Virus record (IMG/VR): IMGVR_UViG_3300035208_007155
Location: 1-64,000 of that record
Strand: one strand, 5' to 3'
Source: a virus
Taxonomy: Duplodnaviria; Caudoviricetes
Length of the DNA stretch: 64,000 bases
This document shows, piece after piece, positions 18,143 through 28,427 of this stretch. The position numbers were made by a program, and so were the translations under genes. The stretch's first letter is position 1, and every line of letters begins with the position of its first letter. Below the pieces are notes generated by a model. That model was not told the origin of the DNA, did no database searches, and was given only the letters and a program-made list of their open reading frames with translations.

Positions 18143-19606
18143 TTAGATCACGAAATTCGCAATGCTCATGCGGGCATAGAATTTAGCCCCTTCCCTTAGC
18201 AATTTTTTTCCGTACCTTGTTAAAATTCCCTTACGTGGGCAGAAGCTCTCTGGATCGAGAACAACTGGGGTCTGAGTAAGAGGAACGTATGGGCAGTAGA
18301 AGTAACCGCTGTCCATGTACGAGTCACCCTTGTAACCCATCAACATTTGGTTGGTTGGGAACAACGGGTCTTTGTAAATTCTCCAACGAGCATTTACTGT
18401 ACCGACATATTGAATGCCGAGAGACGAAGTAAATGTTTCGCTAGGAGCGGGAGCGAAGCCTGCGGTAGCGGTTTCGAAGATGGAGGCGACTTCTGGGGAA
18501 GTCACGATCCAGTTGCAACCACCACGCAATGTCTTCCTGTGGACGACGTTGCTTACTTCAACGACTTTAACATAGAGGGCTTCATACTTCTCTTTGATGG
18601 TATCACCAAGAGCAGTGGCGAAGTCCCAGCTTGTCACTGTACCAGCGTTGGTACGCAAGTCGTTCAAGATTTCACGGTCGATTTCCAGGTTGATTTCCTG
18701 GGCAAGAACGGCGGTCAACTCAGCCTCGGCGTCGAGGTTGTGCTGGCTGCGGAGGTCTTGCTGAGCTTCGTAGCTCCAAACGGCTTTCAACTTACGGGTC
18801 TTAGCGGCAATTTCTTCCGACTCGATGACCAAGTTGATTTCAGGCAAGTCCTGGTTGCATTCCATGTTGTACTCATAGTTGAGCACCATATGGCAAGCAC
18901 CAGTAAAGTTGGTCCAATTAATGACAACTTCACCTGTGGTCACATTGAGTGTACCAGCTTGGAGAGCGGCTGTATTAACGGTGTAACCAGTTGCATTGGG
19001 GATCAACACAGCGGTAAGACCAGTGCTACCAGCGGTTGAAGTCAATGTATAAACAGCGACTGCACCGGCGTACAAAACGCCTGTTAAAGTTCCGCCCAAA
19101 ACGGGTGTATGCTCCAACGGGGTGAAAGTAGCTGTGAAGGCAGCGGCACCAGCAGCGGTGCTAACAGTGCTGCTAACTTCACCTTCAACAAACTGGCTGC
19201 TGTAATAGGTGTAGAGGTTAGCATCACCAGAGGCCAACTGTTGCAACGAATTTACGTCGTCACCTGGGAAGCCTGCGTTATTATCCGCACCACGAACAGC
19301 ACCCTTGTTGGAGCTATAACGGAAGCGGAGGTAATATACGAGTCCGGTTGGGCCAAGGAGGGGTTGTACTGAGACAATCTTATTGGCGATCAACTGGGGA
19401 TAAATACGTCGGACCAAGGGAATACTAATTCTCTTGAATTGTGCAACGTCTGAGGTGTCGGTGGACACTTCATTGATGAGTCTTTGGTTTTCGAGCAGAA
19501 CGGCGGTGCAGGATCGAACATACGGGTCGGCAATCCCTTCCATCATTCCAAGCTCGGACCAAAGGCTTTCTAACTGAGCAGCTTCGTTCAAAAATCTATC
19601 GTTCAT
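18143..19606 (-). CDS. Major capsid protein (T4 gp23-like)
   Basis: AVLLENQ; LVRRIYPQLIA; SVQPL.GPTGL; AKTRKLKA; EINLEIDRE; YCPYVPL; GILTRYG. Confidence 0.97.
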   Translation of the reverse strand: MNDRFLNEAAQLESLWSELGMMEGIADPYVRSCTAVLLENQRLINEVSTDTSDVAQFKRISIPLVRRIYPQLIANKIVSVQPLLGPTGLVYYLRFRYSSNKGAVRGADNNAGFPGDDVNSLQQLASGDANLYTYYSSQFVEGEVSSTVSTAAGAAAFTATFTPLEHTPVLGGTLTGVLYAGAVAVYTLTSTAGSTGLTAVLIPNATGYTVNTAALQAGTLNVTTGEVVINWTNFTGACHMVLNYEYNMECNQDLPEINLVIESEEIAAKTRKLKAVWSYEAQQDLRSQHNLDAEAELTAVLAQEINLEIDREILNDLRTNAGTVTSWDFATALGDTIKEKYEALYVKVVEVSNVVHRKTLRGGCNWIVTSPEVASIFETATAGFAPAPSETFTSSLGIQYVGTVNARWRIYKDPLFPTNQMLMGYKGDSYMDSGYFYCPYVPLTQTPVVLDPESFCPRKGILTRYGKKLLREGAKFYARMSIANFVI

Positions 19607-19619
19607 TGTTTTTTAACCT

Positions 19620-20543
19620 TTATTTTTTGCTTGATTGTAAACCAGCGAGGACTCTCATTTGACGGAGATCATCACCAGTAATGGCTTCTGATAATACTGA
19701 AGCCGGTTTGTCACCTGGAGGAACTTCTTCGTTATGTTCCGCAATAACTTTTGTTTCCTTGGTAACTTTGTCGCCTCTCCCCGTTACATTCTTAGCCGTT
19801 TCCACTCTTGCATTTCTTTCTTCGGTAACTAATTTACCACTAGTTTTTGCAACGCTCTCATTGAGGGACCGAACGCTCTCATTGAGGTGCTTATTCTCTG
19901 TGGACAATCTCATATTACGAGCCTCAAGAATACGCTGTTTGCTACGCATATCTTCCAGTGTCTTGAGAACTTCCTCAAGTTTGCTGCTGGTAGCCAGTGT
20001 ATAATCTTCTTGGCTGATGTAATCAGAAAGGATACTTACAACCTTATCCATTGCAACTTTATGTTCAGCAACGGTCGGGTCATTGAGCATTTCACGTCGG
20101 GCTTGCTCGTAAATTTCCTTACCCTTGACGGACAAGAACTCATCGATTTTGTCAATCATATATTCACGCATTTCGTTGAGTTTCTTATCATATTCTTCAT
20201 AGATTTCGACTTCCAATTTTTCATTCTTGGAGCGTTCTGCCAGGAGCATTTGATAAGCTTCTTCATAACCTTCATCCATAGCTTGTTCAAATTCTGCCTG
20301 TTGTGTTTCCAATCTGCCTCGGAGGTCTTGGATAATGGTATAAGCTTCTGAATAGCCAGTCTCGGCAGTTGTTTCAGCCGCCTTAAGTTGATTGGCCAAA
20401 TCAGCATATGCTTCTTCCAAGTTCTTGTTATACTCTGCATCCAATTCCTTTTTGGATTCTTCGAGCATAGCTTCGACGGCTGGTACAAGTTTACTCGCCT
20501 GATCTTCAGGCAATAATTTAGTAAGTGCTTCTAAGACTTTCAT
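19620..20543 (-). CDS. Prohead core/scaffold protein (gp22-like)
   Basis: Acidic coiled coil between the protease and MCP genes; C-terminal MRVLAGL. Confidence 0.75.
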   Translation of the reverse strand: MKVLEALTKLLPEDQASKLVPAVEAMLEESKKELDAEYNKNLEEAYADLANQLKAAETTAETGYSEAYTIIQDLRGRLETQQAEFEQAMDEGYEEAYQMLLAERSKNEKLEVEIYEEYDKKLNEMREYMIDKIDEFLSVKGKEIYEQARREMLNDPTVAEHKVAMDKVVSILSDYISQEDYTLATSSKLEEVLKTLEDMRSKQRILEARNMRLSTENKHLNESVRSLNESVAKTSGKLVTEERNARVETAKNVTGRGDKVTKETKVIAEHNEEVPPGDKPASVLSEAITGDDLRQMRVLAGLQSSKK

Positions 20544-21256
20544 GAGCTTAACCTCGCTTTATATTGGTCTGTTGTTTCTTTAATTATTCCGCTTAGGCAA
20601 GCAAGAATAAGATCATCACTTATCCTATGTATGCCGCAAGCTTCATTTTTTGGTGGATTATCATAACTTTGCACGAACAAAGTCGATTCTTCCTTACCAA
20701 CTACCTTCTCTTGGAATGCCGCTGTGGTGCTTGGATCAGCTACTGCATCAAAAGTGATTAAACGATAACTTTCACCAATCACAAGAATTCCGTTTTCATT
20801 TACTTTTCCGTTTCCTACGCCACGACTGCTAATTCCGATTCGTACACCGCAATTGATGAGTGATTTAAGCAATTTGCCCATTGGGGTATCAAGGATAACT
20901 CCCTCACCCATCAAAGTATTTCCTTCCCACCAAAGTTTCTTGACCATATGTGAACAATTTGAGAAGTGAATAATTGAATCAGTGGGATGGTCACATTCTC
21001 CGATGAGTCCACCCACATCAATTACTTCACTCAAACGTTGCACATTTGCCTCTAAAACTTGGCGTGGGTACATTCGTTTATTTTTATTGACAGCTTCGGC
21101 TTCCTGAAATTTACCTCTGAATTTCACGAGTTTTATTCCGCCATATTCGGTGGACTCATGTAAATCCATTTCGTTGAGAATGCCATAACCACCGTCACAT
21201 ATTAGGACGTTGTTATAGCTACTCCCAGGAATGCCATGCTCTAATAGTAAATTCAT
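20540..21256 (-). CDS. Prohead protease (T4 gp21-like)
   Basis: NKNKRMYP; GECDHP; DTPMG; IGISSRGVG; DAVADPS. Confidence 0.95.
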   Translation of the reverse strand: MNLLLEHGIPGSSYNNVLICDGGYGILNEMDLHESTEYGGIKLVKFRGKFQEAEAVNKNKRMYPRQVLEANVQRLSEVIDVGGLIGECDHPTDSIIHFSNCSHMVKKLWWEGNTLMGEGVILDTPMGKLLKSLINCGVRIGISSRGVGNGKVNENGILVIGESYRLITFDAVADPSTTAAFQEKVVGKEESTLFVQSYDNPPKNEACGIHRISDDLILACLSGIIKETTDQYKARLSS

Positions 21257-21264
21257 TGAGCCTC

Positions 21265-22983
21265 CTATTTATCTACAACTAAATCTTCTTCCTTACCACC
21301 ATTCATCTTATATGAGTCGGGCGTTTCAGCCTTCGGCACATATGGATTCTGGAGGGCAGGCCAAGTATCCGACGAGGACCATTGGCTGGTAGCATCAGAG
21401 GCTTTATCTACGCCTTTTTCAGTTCCGGTATAATCACCGAACGGCTTGGGAATATATGGGTTTTTCAATTCAGGATAAGTTTCCCCATTGCCCCAATTCG
21501 ACCAACTTCGGTTTCTCATTTCATCGGCCAAACCGCCACGATAGCTCTTGCCATCGCTTACGGGAGCGGAATCGCCCCAATCACCGGAGAAGTCAGAAGC
21601 GGGTGTGTAGCCCTGTTTGGCTTTTTGGGCCATTGCAGGATGATCGCCCACAACTGTTTGATGTGGTTTGTTAGAAACGGACCACGGACCACCAGCCAAA
21701 TTGGTTTCAATTAGGTGCATTAGCCACTCAACGGCTTCTTCGACAACTTGAACACTAGGTTCAACTTCTCGTTGAAGAACAGAGGCTAATTCATTAAGAT
21801 GTCCAGCAGTTGTGACTTTGACCAAATTCTCATTGGATGCTTCATAGATTTTGCGAAGTGTTTCATAAAGATCGGCATAAACAGCCAATTCTCTCTGAAC
21901 ATTCTCATCTACTGTTGGGAAGAATTTGCTGACAATCTCTTGGAAAGCCAAGTATTGATCGCATTCTTCGCACATTTTGGTTCCAGCCAATTTAACAATT
22001 TTTTCAACTCTATCGGTATAAACTTCCTGAGCAGTACGAAGAATACCTTCTGCCATGAAGTCACATACTTGATCGTCATAATTTGTAGCGTGAACAGTTT
22101 CCAAAGCTACTTTAATCTGCTGAGCCAACTCGGTTTGAGTAAGATAAAGCACATTAGGCCAATTGCTTACGACGTTTTCCAAAGCTTCTTCTAATGCAGT
22201 TGCGTCAGAAAGAGCATTTTGGCGTCGAAGATCATTGACTGCTTTGCAGAATTGGGCGTCTTCGGAAAGTCCCTTGGCTGCCCAACGCTTGGTTTGGCAG
22301 TCAGTATCCAACATATGATCCCACTGAAGTTGCAGCAATTTCTTCTGATTTGCAGATTCAGTCGTAGGAACTCGAAGGGCAACTACATTGCCATTTTCGT
22401 CGTGCTTGACTTGGGTATCACCAAGAACAGGACCATTTTTCTTGAATTCGACATAATCAATAGCATTTTTGCAAAGGACCGACCATTCCTTGACCGCACC
22501 CTTGCTTTGCTGAATTGCAAATTCAAGCATTTCATTTCGGCTATTTGTTTCTACGAATTTCTTGTTCTTTTTTGCTTTTTTGCAGCAACCTTCTCGGAAA
22601 ATACGCTTTGTAGCTGGCAAATTCAGATAGTCGGCAAATAGACTGTCGGCTTTTCCTTTTTGCTCTTCATCTAAAAGAGAGTCCAAAACAGTTCCTAGAA
22701 TTTCTTTGGACTTGACTTTTTCGCTTTCCTCATCGATTACCAATTGCTCAACGTTCTCGAATGAAACGGCTTCATTTTTGATGGTGTAATTCGCATGAAT
22801 AAATGTGCCATCGGATGTTTCATAAAGAACATTTTCTGGTCCGTAACAATGAAGGGCTATATTTCCTACCCCTAATGTTTCGGCCAAAATGGGTTGTGCT
22901 CCCTTAAGCTCGGCTTCTGCCGTTGATAACGAATCTTTTTGAATCCTTTCAAAAACATCAAAGTTAATGAGCTTTCGTTTCAT
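21265..22983 (-). CDS. Head-operon protein of unknown function (probable core/internal protein)
   Basis: First gene of the protease-scaffold-MCP operon; late motif upstream. Confidence 0.7.
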   Translation of the reverse strand: MKRKLINFDVFERIQKDSLSTAEAELKGAQPILAETLGVGNIALHCYGPENVLYETSDGTFIHANYTIKNEAVSFENVEQLVIDEESEKVKSKEILGTVLDSLLDEEQKGKADSLFADYLNLPATKRIFREGCCKKAKKNKKFVETNSRNEMLEFAIQQSKGAVKEWSVLCKNAIDYVEFKKNGPVLGDTQVKHDENGNVVALRVPTTESANQKKLLQLQWDHMLDTDCQTKRWAAKGLSEDAQFCKAVNDLRRQNALSDATALEEALENVVSNWPNVLYLTQTELAQQIKVALETVHATNYDDQVCDFMAEGILRTAQEVYTDRVEKIVKLAGTKMCEECDQYLAFQEIVSKFFPTVDENVQRELAVYADLYETLRKIYEASNENLVKVTTAGHLNELASVLQREVEPSVQVVEEAVEWLMHLIETNLAGGPWSVSNKPHQTVVGDHPAMAQKAKQGYTPASDFSGDWGDSAPVSDGKSYRGGLADEMRNRSWSNWGNGETYPELKNPYIPKPFGDYTGTEKGVDKASDATSQWSSSDTWPALQNPYVPKAETPDSYKMNGGKEEDLVVDK

Positions 22984-23040
22984 AATGTTTTAACTCCTAA
23001 TGTGATTATTTGATTTGGGCAACTTGGCCATAATACGCAA

Positions 23041-23093
23041 GTATATATGCGGCATGGCTTGATTGTTAAAAACTTTTTCTTAAGTCTATATAC
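23041..23093. promoter_or_regulatory. Divergent late promoter motifs (CATATATAC on minus, CTATATAC on plus)
   Basis: Lie between the head operon and the gene at 23128. Confidence 0.55.
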
Positions 23094-23127
23094 CTTATCA
23101 TAGTTATGCAGGAGCAAGCAAAAAAGC

Positions 23128-23430
23128 ATGAAGAGTTTCAAAAAATACATAAATTTGCGAGAAGGGCTTGCCGACGAGGTAGGAGACCCAGCCGATGCAC
23201 AGAATGTACAAGAGTTATTTAAGACTGTTTGGAACCGTTATCGAGATTCTTTAATGGACTTTTTAAAGGGCTTAGCCGAAGAAAACGACGATGATGACTT
23301 AAAGGCTTTAGTCAATCGACTAGGCGGCGGCGGCAAGGATTTGCCAACCATTTCTAAAGCAGAAGATGACATGCGTCCAGAAGTAGTGCCACCCACTAGT
23401 GATAGAGGTTCTGGCGAAAGCGATAATTAA
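23128..23430 (+). CDS. Acidic protein with capsid-targeting-like N-terminus (MKSFKKYINLRE)
   Basis: AGGAG RBS; N-terminal motif. Confidence 0.7.
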   Translation: MKSFKKYINLREGLADEVGDPADAQNVQELFKTVWNRYRDSLMDFLKGLAEENDDDDLKALVNRLGGGGKDLPTISKAEDDMRPEVVPPTSDRGSGESDN

Positions 23431-23496
23431 CCGAATTATTTTAGCCAAAAATTATTTTGTACACTTCATAAGGATAAATAGTCCTAGAGGTGTTAC

Positions 23497-24573
23497 ATGG
23501 AAAAGAAAAGCCTAAAAAAAAGAATTCTGTTTGTCTGCAAAAAGCATCATTTGTATGGTCACCACCATCATCATGAAAATAAATGTAGTGGATTATTTAA
23601 CTCAGCATCATTTGTTGCTAGTTATTTAAGATCACAAGGACATGATGCAAAAGTAATCAATGCTATTGACGGCAATAACGTTGATCGCATTGTGACTGAA
23701 TTTAATCCACACTTTGTGATTATTGAAGCGTTGTGGATAACTCCTGAAAAAATGCGGGAATTACTCGATATTCCAAGACATAAAAATCGTCTCTGGATCA
23801 TAAGAATACACAGCAAGCTGACATTTCTAGCTTCTGAAGGAATGGCATTTGAATGGTTTGCTGGTTATCGTGAGCTAATGAAAGCACACAAAAATCTATA
23901 TGTTGCACCCAACACATCAGAATTAACTGAAGACTTGGAAAATATTTTTAAACTAAGATCAATTTTCTTGCCGAATGTTTACACCAATGAATCTATGAAT
24001 TTGCTTGAACATGAGCAACACAATGACAATCCACATTTGCACAAACAAGTAATCAATATAGGTTGTTTTGGTGCAATTCGTCCAATGAAAAACATTCTTA
24101 CCCAAGCCATAGCAGCCGTAGAATTTGCCAAAAATGCCAATCTAGAAGTTCATTTTCACATCAATGCTGGCAGGGTGGAGCAGAATGGAGAAAGTGTTCT
24201 TAAAAATCTACGAGCCTTTTTTAACGGTTTACAGCATCATGTTTTGGTGGAGCATCCGTGGTTAGAGTATGAAGAATTTATTCAATTAGTCAAAACTATG
24301 GATATTGGAATGCAAGTATCTTTGTGCGAGACATTCAACATTGTAAGTGCTGATTTTGTTTCTAATAAAATTCCTTTAGTAGGCTCTAAAGAAATTAGTT
24401 GGCTGCCCGCAATGTTCTGTGCAGATGACACATCTACGAAAGATATTGCCGATCATTTAGAATATGCATGGACACAACCGGGCTACATGTTGAGACATTT
24501 GTCCAAAAGAGCTTTGCATGCATACAATACTGATTCCGAAGATAAATGGAATCAAGTGCTTAAAATGTGGTAA
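23497..24573 (+). CDS. Glycosyltransferase, GT-B fold (GT4-like)
   Basis: FGAIRPMKN; ETFNIVSAD; IPLVGS. Confidence 0.75.
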   Translation: MEKKSLKKRILFVCKKHHLYGHHHHHENKCSGLFNSASFVASYLRSQGHDAKVINAIDGNNVDRIVTEFNPHFVIIEALWITPEKMRELLDIPRHKNRLWIIRIHSKLTFLASEGMAFEWFAGYRELMKAHKNLYVAPNTSELTEDLENIFKLRSIFLPNVYTNESMNLLEHEQHNDNPHLHKQVINIGCFGAIRPMKNILTQAIAAVEFAKNANLEVHFHINAGRVEQNGESVLKNLRAFFNGLQHHVLVEHPWLEYEEFIQLVKTMDIGMQVSLCETFNIVSADFVSNKIPLVGSKEISWLPAMFCADDTSTKDIADHLEYAWTQPGYMLRHLSKRALHAYNTDSEDKWNQVLKMW

Positions 24574-24792
24574 TTATAACCTAGTCATACAACCATCAAA
24601 GTTCTCTAATTCTTTGAACCTATCAATATCGTCAACAATAACAAGTTCTGGGGTTGATTTACTCCAAACTGTTATGCCTAATTTTGGCTTTTCTTCCGAA
24701 CAATTTACACATGTTTTTGTGTGCAATAATTCCATTCTTTCTAATGGAATTATTGCACCACATTTAATACACTTACTCTTCACTATAATCAC
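24574..24792 (-). CDS. DksA/TraR-type C4 zinc-finger protein
   Basis: CIKCGAIIPLERMELL...CVNC. Confidence 0.75.
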   Translation of the reverse strand: MIIVKSKCIKCGAIIPLERMELLHTKTCVNCSEEKPKLGITVWSKSTPELVIVDDIDRFKELENFDGCMTRL

Positions 24793-27283
24793 GTTCTTCA
24801 GTGTCTTGTTCTAAGTCGTAATTTTGAATTTCAAGATCATATTTCTTGATTTCCTCAGGCGTAACTTCAGCGAGAGCCATTCCGCCATTGCCAGATGGTT
24901 TCGGATTATTTTGTACGGGGGCTCCTGCGGCTCCTTCTTCTGGCGGCGGCGGTGCTCCACCAGGGGGTTGAGTAAGATCGGGACTTGGGCCACCTGCTTC
25001 TGTGCCCATTTGTTGTTCATCATTACTTGGCAATCCCACGCCGAGAAGCTGCGGATTTTGTGCAAGAACCTGGAGTTTGAAGTCTTCCAATTTCTGAATT
25101 TTCAAACGAGCCTGCATTCCTGCCGCTTCTTCTTCGGTATATTTAAGAATTCCTGTAAGAATATCGAAGTCAGCCATAATCATCGATCCCTTGAGATTAC
25201 TAGCCCAACCAATACGATTGTTCATCAACTCTTGTTTGCTAAGTTCTCTATACTCCGAAGGCGGTGTCCAAATGACTTGCAAATCCTCAAAGTCTTCTTT
25301 GGGAACTCCACGCAGTTTAAGGTGTGTTGTTATAATTTGTACAACAGCTTTAGAAAAATGAGCCTGTAATCTCTCGATAGTGCGTGCAAAACGCACATTT
25401 TGGGAAGAAAGGCTAGTCTTTGTGGCATTAGCATCTTCGGTGGAAAAGTAATTCAACGGGAACTTTAAAGCTGTAAACAATTTGTTGCGGAAATATAATG
25501 CATCATCAATTTCGCCAAGGTTTTGAGCACCCTGTAAAGTGTCAATACGAGTGTTGGTAGCATTTGGACGAATAGGCAACCAGTAATCCTCATCAATGGC
25601 TGGTGGATGCCAACGTTCTTCAACACTAGAAGCACCAGGACCGCCACCTCGGGATGGGGCTACTTTCTTTTTGCGGAACTGATCCTTGATGCGTTCCATA
25701 AAAGCTTCGGCCCTTGCGGGTGACAAAGTGCCCACGTCGATATAAAACACACGTCTTTCAGGGGCTCTTGATAATCGATAAACTACCATAGAGTCTTCCA
25801 TGAGTCGTAATTGATGTGCAGGCCCTCTGGCTGCTTCGATCAATGAAACACCATAGGGATAAAAAGTACGACGATCATCGCCAATTTTTGTATGCACTAT
25901 TTGATCGGCAGTAAACCTTACTGCTGTTGCTTGCATTAAATCTGCTTCAGTTGCTTGCGTTACAGGCACTCTAGTAAGGCTTTGATAATCTGGGCCTTCA
26001 TTAGATTGTTGAAACTCAACCAATTTACCCTTGGTAGTTTCTATGCGATACATGCTATCTGGCGGCAATGGCAAAAGTGCCACAACACCTTTTTTGGGGT
26101 TTTCTGCATCGATAACAACTTCAAAGAAGTGATCGCCTTGAATACATGTATTTTTTACATAGTTCCAACCAACTGATGGATCATCGAAATTTAGCATTTC
26201 AGGGTGAAAACACAGAAATTCTGCTTCTTCTTTGGCGAATTCATTAGCACAACGGATTTCAAAGATATGTCCATTTTCACCACGTTGGCAATTGTGATAA
26301 ACAATAGATTCGCCGCAAAAGTTCTTGTGTTTTTCTACCGATAGATCATAAACATCTATTTCTTTCCATTCTTCAACACCAATGACTCTTCTGCAATTTT
26401 CTTTCTTGCCCAATTGTCTAAGTTCTTTAAGACTAAATCCTTCTTTTTTCAAAATGCTGCGAAGGGTGTCTCGGTCATGGTGGGTAACTTTAGCCGTTTC
26501 CTCAATTGTGGCTCCCGCACACAACATACGCACAATATCTGTTGCTGGAGTTTTTAGAGATTTGCCAGTACGCCATTCGTCAACGAATTGTCTTTCTGTT
26601 TTCCAGCCATCAACCAAAGAAAATATGCGTGGGTGTTGATTGGTTTTTAATTTGTCATTAAAATAAAGATTTGGTTGCTCTCTGTAAAAGGGCATCAATT
26701 CGTCTCCGAATTGAAGTAGCCCTGTCATTGTCCAATCTCCGTTATGCAATAAAACTCGATGTTCAGGCGTGGCAATAAAATTGGTGCCATCATCTAATTT
26801 GATGCGAATAGTACGTGCAGTTTTAACTTTTCTAGCATCATAAGCCCAGCCGATAGTATAGTCTTTTTTGTCTCCATCCCAACAATAAACAAGGAATCTT
26901 TCACCTGACTTATTTTCAGCAAGCCATTTAATGGTTTGTGGTCCAAAAAATACTGTATTCACAATCATATGGCCCGCCAAACAAGTTTCATCGGCGTAGG
27001 TGTCCATGACTGCTTCTATTTCAGATACTGAACGAAGTCGTTCATATTCCTTGTAACGAGAAATACGATTTGTTACACTGGACAAATCCACAAAATCGTT
27101 AGTGTCTCTGAGTTTTATTAAACCTCTGCCGCCGCCCCAAAAACTACCATCTTGTCGAATGTCGGGGATAGCATCAGGTTGCGTGACACCCGCACCCGAG
27201 ATGTCCTTCTTGGCTCGTGTTTCGATAGGATCATCTCGAAATGCATAATTCCAAATCTTAAATAAGTCTGACCATTTTGGCAT
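24773..27283 (-). CDS. Portal protein (T4 gp20-like) containing an intein
   Basis: QLRLMEDSMVVYRLSRAPERRVFYIDVG; EDYWLP; NLGEIDD; RFARTIERLQ. Confidence 0.95.
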   Translation of the reverse strand: MPKWSDLFKIWNYAFRDDPIETRAKKDISGAGVTQPDAIPDIRQDGSFWGGGRGLIKLRDTNDFVDLSSVTNRISRYKEYERLRSVSEIEAVMDTYADETCLAGHMIVNTVFFGPQTIKWLAENKSGERFLVYCWDGDKKDYTIGWAYDARKVKTARTIRIKLDDGTNFIATPEHRVLLHNGDWTMTGLLQFGDELMPFYREQPNLYFNDKLKTNQHPRIFSLVDGWKTERQFVDEWRTGKSLKTPATDIVRMLCAGATIEETAKVTHHDRDTLRSILKKEGFSLKELRQLGKKENCRRVIGVEEWKEIDVYDLSVEKHKNFCGESIVYHNCQRGENGHIFEIRCANEFAKEEAEFLCFHPEMLNFDDPSVGWNYVKNTCIQGDHFFEVVIDAENPKKGVVALLPLPPDSMYRIETTKGKLVEFQQSNEGPDYQSLTRVPVTQATEADLMQATAVRFTADQIVHTKIGDDRRTFYPYGVSLIEAARGPAHQLRLMEDSMVVYRLSRAPERRVFYIDVGTLSPARAEAFMERIKDQFRKKKVAPSRGGGPGASSVEERWHPPAIDEDYWLPIRPNATNTRIDTLQGAQNLGEIDDALYFRNKLFTALKFPLNYFSTEDANATKTSLSSQNVRFARTIERLQAHFSKAVVQIITTHLKLRGVPKEDFEDLQVIWTPPSEYRELSKQELMNNRIGWASNLKGSMIMADFDILTGILKYTEEEAAGMQARLKIQKLEDFKLQVLAQNPQLLGVGLPSNDEQQMGTEAGGPSPDLTQPPGGAPPPPEEGAAGAPVQNNPKPSGNGGMALAEVTPEEIKKYDLEIQNYDLEQDTEERDYSEE
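26291..26983 (-). mobile_element. Intein (231 aa) in the portal gene
   Basis: ADET|CLAG...ATPEHRV...VYDLSVEKHKNF...VYHN|C. Confidence 0.9.
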
Positions 27284-27343
27284 AAGTTTACTTTTTCAGC
27301 CTATAATTTGTTACTATGATATATAAGAGTTTAAATTACGAAA

Positions 27344-27931
27344 ATGAAAAGAGTTTTATTTCTAGCAAGTCACCCAGGAGCCAATGCGGAACAATTAGCC
27401 GCATTGTTGGAGCATAATCAGTGCATACAATTTTATCATACTAACTCCACCTATAAACACCCCTCAGATATAGCTGCTCTCCAGTTGTCGCCACACAAAA
27501 ACACCACAACTGCCGCCATATATGCCGCCCTGTTACTGGATAACAACAATCTGTCAGGTAGAAGTTTGTATAAATTTTGTCATTTTGTTTATTTTATTTG
27601 TGGTCCAAAATTTGCCATTACAGAACTAGTAAAAACTCAAACCATGAAAAACGCTGTTGATCTATATGTTTTAAGAATACGCAGGTTATATGAAATGGCA
27701 GTACAATCCCCAGAAGCTGTATTTTTAACATGGGATAACATCCAAGGGGAAAAAGGATTGAATTTGATAGAAAATCATTTCCATCTAAAAACCCCACTAC
27801 AATATAATCCCGATGGTTTTACAGAACCAAAGGATTGTGTTTTATCAAGCTATTTGCAAGAAGCCGAAGAAGCCTATGAAGGGATAATTTACCGAATGAG
27901 ACAGCTAAAACACATTAGTCAATGTCAGTGA
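27344..27931 (+). CDS. Sulfotransferase-like P-loop protein
   Basis: N-terminus LFLASHPGANAEQLAALL..N resembles a PAPS-binding loop; divergent. Confidence 0.45.
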   Translation: MKRVLFLASHPGANAEQLAALLEHNQCIQFYHTNSTYKHPSDIAALQLSPHKNTTTAAIYAALLLDNNNLSGRSLYKFCHFVYFICGPKFAITELVKTQTMKNAVDLYVLRIRRLYEMAVQSPEAVFLTWDNIQGEKGLNLIENHFHLKTPLQYNPDGFTEPKDCVLSSYLQEAEEAYEGIIYRMRQLKHISQCQ

Positions 27932-28250
27932 TTAATGTAGGGGTTTGTTTCTCAGCCTTCTTCTTCATGTTGTCAATCTTTTTCTGTTCTTCAGAAATCA
28001 TGCTGTCTATACCATCAAGCACAGCTTTGGCGTTATCGGGTGTGATAAAGAAGCTGTTCATTTTTGCCCTATAATCTTCTTCTATTGTTATCCTAGATTT
28101 TTCTCTTTTGTGTCTCTTGTCTTCGACTTGTTCTATTTCGTTTAATGTGCGTTTTAAATGATATCGAGCATTTTGTAATGCAAAATCATTTGGCAACTCT
28201 TTAAGTGCCCTTTCCAACAAAGCCTTTGATTCATCTGTATTATTTTTCAT
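27915..28250 (-). CDS. Hypothetical coiled-coil protein
   Basis: ORF in the operon. Confidence 0.65.
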   Translation of the reverse strand: MKNNTDESKALLERALKELPNDFALQNARYHLKRTLNEIEQVEDKRHKREKSRITIEEDYRAKMNSFFITPDNAKAVLDGIDSMISEEQKKIDNMKKKAEKQTPTLITDID

Positions 28251-28419
28251 CTGGAATTACCTCAAACAGATCGTCGGGAGCAATATCAACTATTGTGTTG
28301 TGATTGTATCTCTCAGATAATGGAATATCTCCCAAGCTTCTTACACTAATTATCTTGACAATTCCATATTTCTCATTTAGCGTTTCTTGCAATGCTGTTT
28401 CAAAACTCCATGTTTCCAT
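28240..28419 (-). CDS. Small hypothetical protein (59 aa; not in the ORF track)
   Basis: METWSFETALQE...IPDEK*; fills the gap between neighbours. Confidence 0.55.
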   Translation of the reverse strand: METWSFETALQETLNEKYGIVKIISVRSLGDIPLSERYNHNTIVDIAPDDLFEVIPDEK

Positions 28420-28427
28420 TTTTGTTC

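Noticed and set aside
9286-22641. Long antisense ORFs (9286..9927, 10276..10923, 18347..19039, 19887..20351, 22219..22641)
   Set aside because: They lie opposite better-supported minus-strand genes and have no recognisable motifs or start signals.
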